Shown: positions 39,539-45,979 of the stretch, one piece after another
How positions within the stretch are numbered: the first letter of the stretch is position 1
Layout of the letters: each line of letters starts with the position of its first letter
Origin: Candidatus Woesearchaeota archaeon
Lineage (GTDB): Archaea; Nanobdellota; Nanobdellia; Woesearchaeales; UBA10216
Direction: 5' to 3'
DNA length: 48,377 nt
Assembly (NCBI GenBank): GCA_043807015.1
Contig: JAZDGJ010000043.1
Coordinates: forward strand, 1 to 48,377
Notes under the pieces: generated by a model
The model's input: only the letters and a program-made list of their open reading frames with translations
Databases searched by the model: none
Told to the model about the DNA's origin: nothing
Program-made: the position numbers and the translations under genes

Positions 39539-40633
39539 ATGAAATCCATACCTGTTGCAGAGCCTGATCTGAGGGGCAATGAAAGAAAATACGTTCTTGA
39601 CTGCCTTGATACAAACTGGGTTTCAAGCCTTGGCAAATACATCCCTTTGTTTGAGCAGAAATTCAGCGCCTACTGCAGCTGCAGCAATGGCGTAGCTGTG
39701 GCTAACGGCACCGTTGCCCTGCATCTCGCATTGGCTGCCCTAGGCATCGGCAAAGGCGATGAAGTCCTTGTTCCAGACCTGACATTTGTTGCAACGCCTA
39801 ATGCAGTGACCTATACTGGCGCAAAGACTGTGCTTGTTGATGCTGACCCTAAAGTCTGGAATATCGCTCCTGAAAAGATTGAGGAAAAAATCACTCCGAA
39901 CACAAAGGCAATAATCCCCGTCCACCTTTACGGGCATCCCTGCGACATGGAACCCATAATGAAGATTGCTGAAGAGCATAATCTCTTTGTGGTTGAGGAT
40001 TGCGCTGAAGCCCATGGCGCAGAATACCGCGGCAAAAAAGTTGGCAGCATTGGCGATGTTGGCTGCTTCAGCTTCTATGGCAACAAGATTCTTACAACGG
40101 GAGAGGGCGGGATGTGCACTACAGGAGATGAGGAGCTCGCGCAAAGGATGCGCCTGCTGAAAGACCACGGCATGGCTAAAAGGCGCTATTACCATCCTGA
40201 AATAGGCTTTAACTACCGCATGACCAACATACAGGCGGCAATTGGGCTTGCCCAGCTTGAAAGAATTGATGAGATTATTGCAATAAAGAGGAAGAATGCA
40301 ATGCTTTACAAAAAGTTCCTTGGCTCCTGCAAGGGCATAACCTTGCAGCCTGAAATGCCCTGGGCTAAAACTGTCTACTGGCTCCACTCCATCCTTGTGG
40401 AGAATGATTTCCGCTCAAACCGCGACCTGCTGATGCAGGAGCTGTCTGCAGAGGGAATTGACTCAAGGCCATTCTTCATCCCGATGCATGAGCTTCCGAT
40501 GTACAGGCAGGACGGCTTTCCTGTCGCCACAGAGCTTTCAACAAAAGGCATCAACCTGCCTTCTTCAACCTTGCTCACAGAAGATGACATTAAGATGATT
40601 TGCGGCGTGATCAGGAATGAAAAAATTCGTTGA
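39539..40633 (+). CDS. DegT-family aminotransferase (perosamine synthase-like)
   Basis: IPVAEP, NGTVALHL, EDCAEAHG, SFYGNKILTTGEGG, NYRMTNIQAA. Confidence 0.92.
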   Translation: MKSIPVAEPDLRGNERKYVLDCLDTNWVSSLGKYIPLFEQKFSAYCSCSNGVAVANGTVALHLALAALGIGKGDEVLVPDLTFVATPNAVTYTGAKTVLVDADPKVWNIAPEKIEEKITPNTKAIIPVHLYGHPCDMEPIMKIAEEHNLFVVEDCAEAHGAEYRGKKVGSIGDVGCFSFYGNKILTTGEGGMCTTGDEELAQRMRLLKDHGMAKRRYYHPEIGFNYRMTNIQAAIGLAQLERIDEIIAIKRKNAMLYKKFLGSCKGITLQPEMPWAKTVYWLHSILVENDFRSNRDLLMQELSAEGIDSRPFFIPMHELPMYRQDGFPVATELSTKGINLPSSTLLTEDDIKMICGVIRNEKIR

Positions 40634-41078
40634 TGAGATCCTCACTTATGACAGGATTCTGAAAGCATATCCCATTTACGGCACTTTGAGGAGATATTTC
40701 ATCTTCCTTCTCGGCGGCGGAACAGGGCTGCTCATAGCAGAGGTAACTACAACACTGCTTACTGAATCGTTCCAGTTATGGTATATGCTTTCTTACATAA
40801 TAGGCACAATACTGGCGATAATTTTCACTTTCATATACCACCGCTATGTTACCTTCAGGAAGTTCACAGACGTCAGAAAAAGGTTCGTTAAGTTCGTTTT
40901 TGTTGTTTCAATAATAGCTGTGGTAAATATAGCCCTGGTCTACTTGTCTACAGAGGCGGTTGCAGGATATTTTGGCACAGAGGTTACGAAGTTCTACTAC
41001 TGGGCCACAATCTTCATCGTTACCCTTGTGCTTTCAACAGTCAACTTTACTGTCAACAAACTGTGGGTGTTTAAGTAA
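40617..41078 (+). CDS. GtrA-family membrane protein
   Basis: 4 TM; F.YHRYVTF and NF..NKLWVF. Confidence 0.85.
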   Translation: MKKFVDEILTYDRILKAYPIYGTLRRYFIFLLGGGTGLLIAEVTTTLLTESFQLWYMLSYIIGTILAIIFTFIYHRYVTFRKFTDVRKRFVKFVFVVSIIAVVNIALVYLSTEAVAGYFGTEVTKFYYWATIFIVTLVLSTVNFTVNKLWVFK

Positions 41079-42670
41079 TGGATAGGAAAGACATCATTAC
41101 TCTAGCAGTTCTCTTCATAGCAGCCCTTTTCCTCTGGACCATGCCTTTCCAGCAAAACCGCCTGCCTTTCGGCGAAGGCGATTCTGCCTGGCATTTCTCA
41201 ATAGGCGACTACATGCACTCCTCAGACAGGGCAATTTCTAGGCTGCCGTTCTATGTCGGAGTCTGGTATTACAATTACAACAGCATTCTCGGTCCTTTTG
41301 CCCTTGAGTATCCTCCTGCAAACCACATGAATTATGCTTTTATGCAGTTCTTTGGCGACAGGTTTGTGTCTGTGCTGATGATTCGGGCTATAACAAGCTT
41401 CCTTGGAGTTTTTGCAACATATTTCCTGATAAGGAAGCTTTACGGCTTCCTCCCGGCAGCCATAGCCAGCCTTGCATTGGTATTCTCGCTCAGGGAGCAG
41501 ATGATTTATCTCTGGGGGCAGCAGCCTACGCTTTCCAGCTTCGTAATAATTCCCGTCCTTCTTTATTCATTCTACAAGTATGCAACATTGTTGTTTGAGG
41601 GTAAGCCAAGCAGCACTTACCTTTTCATTACAGCAGCGCTGATTGCCTCGCAATACATGCTCCACATTCAGGGCATAATAGTTTCTCTTCTTGCTATGGT
41701 GGTATTCTTTTTCTTCATGATTATAAGGCACAAAAGGCTTCCCATTTCCAAAAATACGGCTTTGCAGATTGGAATAGTGGTTCTTGCTCTCGTTGTGGTT
41801 ATGTTGCCGTTTGCAAACATTTACCTGGGCGCGCAGAGTGCTACAGCTCCCAGCAGCAAGCAGCCTTCAAGGCTGCTTCAGTGGACAGTCCCATCAGAGC
41901 CGATAAGCGGAAGTTTCCCTGCAGCTTTTGTGCAGTTCAGCTCTGAATACAGGTTCTGGATGCTTCCGTTAATTCTCCTTGGCGTGTTTTTCCTGCTTTT
42001 CAGGCGAGAGCCAAAAGACTTGCTGATGCTTGCATGGCTTGCTTCCATCTACATAACATTTCACCTTGATGTAATACTTGGCGCAGACTGGCTTGGCAGA
42101 ATTGCCAGGATGGGCGTTGCAGAGCCGCCGCTGTTCTTTTCGTTGATGGCTATCGGGTTATTCTCGATTTTTTCATTAATCAAAATTCCGTCGCAGCCAA
42201 GAATCCTTCTGAAGTATGCTGTGGCAATCGCAGTGGCAGTAATCCTTGTTTTCACTTTGGGAGCTGCTGCTAAGGAGAACCTAAGCCAGGCCTATGGTGG
42301 AATAGGCCGCATCACTCCCCAGCAGCTTGAGCTGGCAGAATGGCTGCACAGCAATACGGCAGAGAATTCAATGATCTATGACCTTGGGACATCTAGCTAT
42401 CCTAAAATTAGGTGGCTTTTGGCCTCTTCGCAAAGATACATTAACCAATACTACGGCTCTTTTGTGAACGCCTCCTATGCAAAGGACTCGCCGTCCTACT
42501 TTATTTTTGACTATTCTGACCTTCAGCTGCTTGTTAACTCACAATACCGCGACCAGTTCCTGCCACAGCTCAATCAGGCCCAGCAGGCTGAGCAGGCGAT
42601 GTTTGCAAACATCACTCCAGTCTATGATAAAAACAATATAAGGGTGTACAATGTTCAAGTTAGCAACTAG
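41078..42670 (+). CDS. GT-C-like membrane protein
   Basis: LPFGEGDSAWH..YPP..H, YLWGQQP; paralog of 44390-45979. Confidence 0.65.
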   Translation: MDRKDIITLAVLFIAALFLWTMPFQQNRLPFGEGDSAWHFSIGDYMHSSDRAISRLPFYVGVWYYNYNSILGPFALEYPPANHMNYAFMQFFGDRFVSVLMIRAITSFLGVFATYFLIRKLYGFLPAAIASLALVFSLREQMIYLWGQQPTLSSFVIIPVLLYSFYKYATLLFEGKPSSTYLFITAALIASQYMLHIQGIIVSLLAMVVFFFFMIIRHKRLPISKNTALQIGIVVLALVVVMLPFANIYLGAQSATAPSSKQPSRLLQWTVPSEPISGSFPAAFVQFSSEYRFWMLPLILLGVFFLLFRREPKDLLMLAWLASIYITFHLDVILGADWLGRIARMGVAEPPLFFSLMAIGLFSIFSLIKIPSQPRILLKYAVAIAVAVILVFTLGAAAKENLSQAYGGIGRITPQQLELAEWLHSNTAENSMIYDLGTSSYPKIRWLLASSQRYINQYYGSFVNASYAKDSPSYFIFDYSDLQLLVNSQYRDQFLPQLNQAQQAEQAMFANITPVYDKNNIRVYNVQVSN

Positions 42671-42671
42671 A

Positions 42672-42971
42672 ATGACTGCATTGGCGTGCTATGCCCTGGT
42701 GCTTTTGGCAGGCTACATGCTGTTCGGCATGACAGGAGCTGGCGTAATATTTGCAGCAGCGCTTTTCTTTGTTGTATCGCCTTATTTTATCCTCAGCAAG
42801 TTAAGGATTGAAGAAGACGAGAAATGGTTCTTCTCGCTCTTTATCGGGCTTGGCTTGTTTTCAACGCTTGTGTGGGCAGTTGGCAGGGTAATGTCCCTTA
42901 GGGTTGCGCTCATAGTTACCGTCCTGATTTTGGCAGCGGTATTTTTCTTTGTTAAGCGCAAGACTGCGTAA
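42672..42971 (+). CDS. Small 4-TM membrane protein (alternative start 42651)
   Basis: Hydrophobic ORF starting 1 nt after the upstream stop; EKWFFSLFIGLG. Confidence 0.7.
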   Translation: MTALACYALVLLAGYMLFGMTGAGVIFAAALFFVVSPYFILSKLRIEEDEKWFFSLFIGLGLFSTLVWAVGRVMSLRVALIVTVLILAAVFFFVKRKTA

Positions 42972-42974
42972 CTC

Positions 42975-43282
42975 GGGTCTGTCTTGAGTCCTTGTTTTTC
43001 TCTTGTTCGTGGCGGTCCGAGGGACTTGTTGCTTTCCCGTGACAGGCGCTCTGTCTACGCGCTTAAGCGGGACAACGCTCCTTCGGAGCTAAAGTCCCGC
43101 GAACCATACGACTCGTAACTAGTCGGCTTTAGCCCGCAGGCGTTGCCGGCTTAAGGTAAATTGTCGGGGTCTGCAATTTACCCGACAATTTAAGCCAGAC
43201 TTTGCTGGCAGCGGGAAGCAACAACCTGAGCGAACACGCCTGCGGGCTCAGGCGCCACGAACAATAGATTCGGGACAGAATC
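42975..43282 (+). ncRNA. Highly structured 308-nt element (four-way junction plus pseudoknot); ncRNA or MITE-like, copy 2 of the family
   Basis: P1 43003-14/43253-64; P2 GTCC-GAG-GGAC; P3 43026-39/43212-24; P4 43225-31/43246-52; 13-nt complement 43131-43/43236-48; outer stem 42978-90/43267-79 with 3 G-U pairs on the + strand. Confidence 0.6.
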
Positions 43283-43328
43283 CCATAACCCGCAACTTTT
43301 TTATAATCTGCCTGAGAATTCTTTCTGC

Positions 43329-44063
43329 ATGGGGCTTGCCAAGGCATACCTTTCCTACCTTTATGGGAATGTCACAAGAAGCTATGAAAAAGCCCTGATT
43401 TCTAGCCTTGAGAAAAACCCAAAAGCCATCCTTGTGGATGCAGGATGCTGGGACGGCGCAAACACGCTCAGGTTTGTGCAGGCTACAGGCGCAAAGGCAA
43501 TAGGGCTTGATTTGGTTGAAAGCGCTGTTGCGAGCACAAGGCGAAAAGGCATTGAGGCAATGGTTGCAGACCTCAACAAAAGAATCCCGCTGAAGGACTC
43601 AACTGCTGACGTTGTTATGGTAAACCACACTATAGAGCACCTTTACAACACAGCAGGCTTTGTCTCAGAAATTTACAGGATACTCAAGCCAGGGGGATAT
43701 GCTCTTATCGGCACTCCAAACCTCGCAAGCTGGCACAACATCTTTGCCCTGCTGCTGGGCAGACAGCCCTTCAGCGGTCCAACAATTGACCTGTCTGAAA
43801 AAAGCATGGTGTCTGGCATGAAGCAGGAAAAGAACAGGCGCCTGGTCTCAGGGCTTGGTTTGAAAGCAGAGGATGCACTGGGGCATATTGTTGTCATTGC
43901 ATACAAGACGCTGCTTAAGCTCCTAAGGTCAAAAGGCTTCATTGTTGAGAAGGCATATGGCTTTGGCTATTACCCATTGCCGCCCTTCATAGCAGGGCTT
44001 TTGGCTTCGCTTGATAAGAGCCACTCCCACTATGTGCTTGTCAAAGTCAGAAAGCCTGCTTAG
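43329..44063 (+). CDS. Class I SAM-dependent methyltransferase
   Basis: VDAGCWDG, DLN, TIEHL, RILKPGG...GTPNLASW; TATA at about 43299. Confidence 0.9.
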   Translation: MGLAKAYLSYLYGNVTRSYEKALISSLEKNPKAILVDAGCWDGANTLRFVQATGAKAIGLDLVESAVASTRRKGIEAMVADLNKRIPLKDSTADVVMVNHTIEHLYNTAGFVSEIYRILKPGGYALIGTPNLASWHNIFALLLGRQPFSGPTIDLSEKSMVSGMKQEKNRRLVSGLGLKAEDALGHIVVIAYKTLLKLLRSKGFIVEKAYGFGYYPLPPFIAGLLASLDKSHSHYVLVKVRKPA

Positions 44064-44418
44064 ACTTCTTGAGTGAAATAATTGTCGTAACGCCAATTAT
44101 GACAATCGGAAGGATTATCGCAGAATACCTGAGGTTCAGCCCTAATACGCCAAGATAGTAGCTGGCTATGCCGACCACAGCCATGCCGAGAATTGTTCCC
44201 ATTACAACCATTGCCGCTGGGCTTATTTTTTCTTTCCACCACCAGAGTATTGCCATTCCAGGGATTGTGAAAAGCCAGAACAGCCCTGCTGCAAGCCGCA
44301 ATACAGTCAGGGCGCTTTCCCTGTAGAATGTTACCTGCAAGATTATGAATGCAACCGCAAATGCAATCCCTAACGTTATCAGCTCCTGCTTAAATTTCAA
44401 GGCAATCTCCCTCCACAA
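44047..44418 (-). CDS. Small 4-TM membrane protein (alternative TTG start 44400)
   Basis: Hydrophobic; GLFWLFTIPGMAIL; overlaps the end of the upstream GT-C gene. Confidence 0.7.
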   Translation of the reverse strand: MWREIALKFKQELITLGIAFAVAFIILQVTFYRESALTVLRLAAGLFWLFTIPGMAILWWWKEKISPAAMVVMGTILGMAVVGIASYYLGVLGLNLRYSAIILPIVIIGVTTIISLKKSKQAF

Positions 44419-45979
44419 GGTTGTTTTTGACTATGCTTACAATGCTGTTGCTGTAGACTTCTTCTCCGTGCATAAGGAGCTTTTCCCTTATTGCAAGGTT
44501 GTATTGCACGAGCGGAGACATCTGCGAATATGCTGTCTTTGTGTCAAATACAAAGTAGTCTTTTGAGCATATGCTTGCGTTTTGCTCCCAGGTCATGTTG
44601 CCGGTATGGAAGCCGAATGAGAACAGCCCTTTTTTGTAAGGGAAGCCTGCGCCAGAGTCAGAGGCAAGCATGGATTCATATCTCTCCCTTATTGTGTTGT
44701 TCATCAAGCCCTTAATGTAATCATCTGTGTTGACTATTGTTGAAAGCCTGCCGGTGTTGTAAAGCATTGATGTCTGCGAGTATATGTCGCCGTAGAAGAA
44801 ATAAACTGTTGAGCCTTCAGGAGTGTTCCTGCTCAGCCATTGCAGCCCAGCCCACCTGCTCTGGTCCATCATTCCCTGGCTCTGCCCCATCATCTGGCTT
44901 GTTGAAGCAACAGCAACCGACAATATCAGCGCAGCCGCCACTGAAATTGCCAGCCTGAATCTTTTTGCAAAAAGGCTTGCCACGGCAGAAAAGCCCAGCC
45001 CGAAAAATACAGCGAGATAAACCGGCCAGAAAAACCTTGTCTGGAAAGCCCTGAAGCTCATGCCAACGTAATTTGTCATCCCTGCCAGAAACATGTATGC
45101 AGAGAACGCCACGGGAAGTTTTCTTGCGGCAAGCAGCGCGATAACAGCACCAATGGCAATAATTATTGCCGCCCAGCTGAAATGGCTCAGCATTATTGTC
45201 GGGAAGCTTTCCGTTGTTCTCTCAACCTGGAACAGGTTATACTTCTGGAACCTTGCCCAGGTGCCCTGGAATATCAGCAAATAATAGCCTGCCGAAACTA
45301 CTGCCGTCAATGCCAAAGCAAGCAGTTCCTTGACTTCCCTCCAGTCCTTCATCAACAGCTTTGCCGCCCCGTAGATTGAAAAAAATCCTATTAGGAAAAT
45401 CATTTCCGACGTATGCGTCATGCCGACCGCTGCCATGAATATTCCTGAAAAAAGCCACCAGAGCCTTCCCTTCACCACAAGCGCCCACACTGCTGCAACG
45501 AGGAAAACATGCGATGCCGCAGAGGGCCACTGCCCCCACAGGTATGCTGCAGTGAATGGCGCTGAGAAGAGGAAAACAAAGAGCGGTATGCCCAGTATTG
45601 CGGCATTTGAATTGAAGTGTTTTATAACGAGATACATTGCCGCTGCAGCCAGCACTGCTGAAAGGAACACAATAAAATAAATTGTGTCATAAGTCTGGAG
45701 ACCTGTCACGTTTGAAAGCAGTGCTGAAAGGTGGTAAAGCAGCGGCGGGTAAAACCCAACCACGTCGGTGAATCCGTTGACGATATAAGGCGCTTCATGG
45801 GCATAACCGCCCATCTCCTTTATTGATTCAGCCCTCGCCTGGTGCTGGAAGGCGTCGCTTGCGCCCAGACCGTATGGAAAGCCGTGCTCAATCTCGTGCC
45901 CCCACAACGCGCCGATTCCAAACCACAGAAGCAGGAAGATAATTGCAGGAATTATTATTGTGTCGCGGTCTAGTTTCAT
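44390..45979 (-). CDS. GT-C-like membrane protein
   Basis: FPYGLGASDAFQH..YPPLLYH, YLWGQWP; paralog of 41078-42670. Confidence 0.65.
   Translation of the reverse strand: MKLDRDTIIIPAIIFLLLWFGIGALWGHEIEHGFPYGLGASDAFQHQARAESIKEMGGYAHEAPYIVNGFTDVVGFYPPLLYHLSALLSNVTGLQTYDTIYFIVFLSAVLAAAAMYLVIKHFNSNAAILGIPLFVFLFSAPFTAAYLWGQWPSAASHVFLVAAVWALVVKGRLWWLFSGIFMAAVGMTHTSEMIFLIGFFSIYGAAKLLMKDWREVKELLALALTAVVSAGYYLLIFQGTWARFQKYNLFQVERTTESFPTIMLSHFSWAAIIIAIGAVIALLAARKLPVAFSAYMFLAGMTNYVGMSFRAFQTRFFWPVYLAVFFGLGFSAVASLFAKRFRLAISVAAALILSVAVASTSQMMGQSQGMMDQSRWAGLQWLSRNTPEGSTVYFFYGDIYSQTSMLYNTGRLSTIVNTDDYIKGLMNNTIRERYESMLASDSGAGFPYKKGLFSFGFHTGNMTWEQNASICSKDYFVFDTKTAYSQMSPLVQYNLAIREKLLMHGEEVYSNSIVSIVKNNLVEGDCLEI

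Noticed and set aside
39740-40387. Long antisense ORFs (also 1340-1858, 9600-10106, 30961-31515, 34957-35517)
   Set aside because: Shadows of well-supported genes on the opposite strand, with no motifs
42975-43282. RNase P RNA, SRP RNA or group I intron (size fits)
   Set aside because: No GAGGAAAGTCC/ACAGAA..GGCTTA P4 pair, no CAGG-nnn-GNRA-nnn-AGCA helix 8, and GACT/TAGTC are joined directly rather than arranged as P7; judged by eye only
42966-43291. Integron attC site
   Set aside because: A TAAC follows the stop codon, but there is no matching GTTRRRY end and the fold is multibranched
43129-43347. 72-aa minus-strand ORF
   Set aside because: Overlaps the structured element and the methyltransferase promoter/start; no recognisable motif
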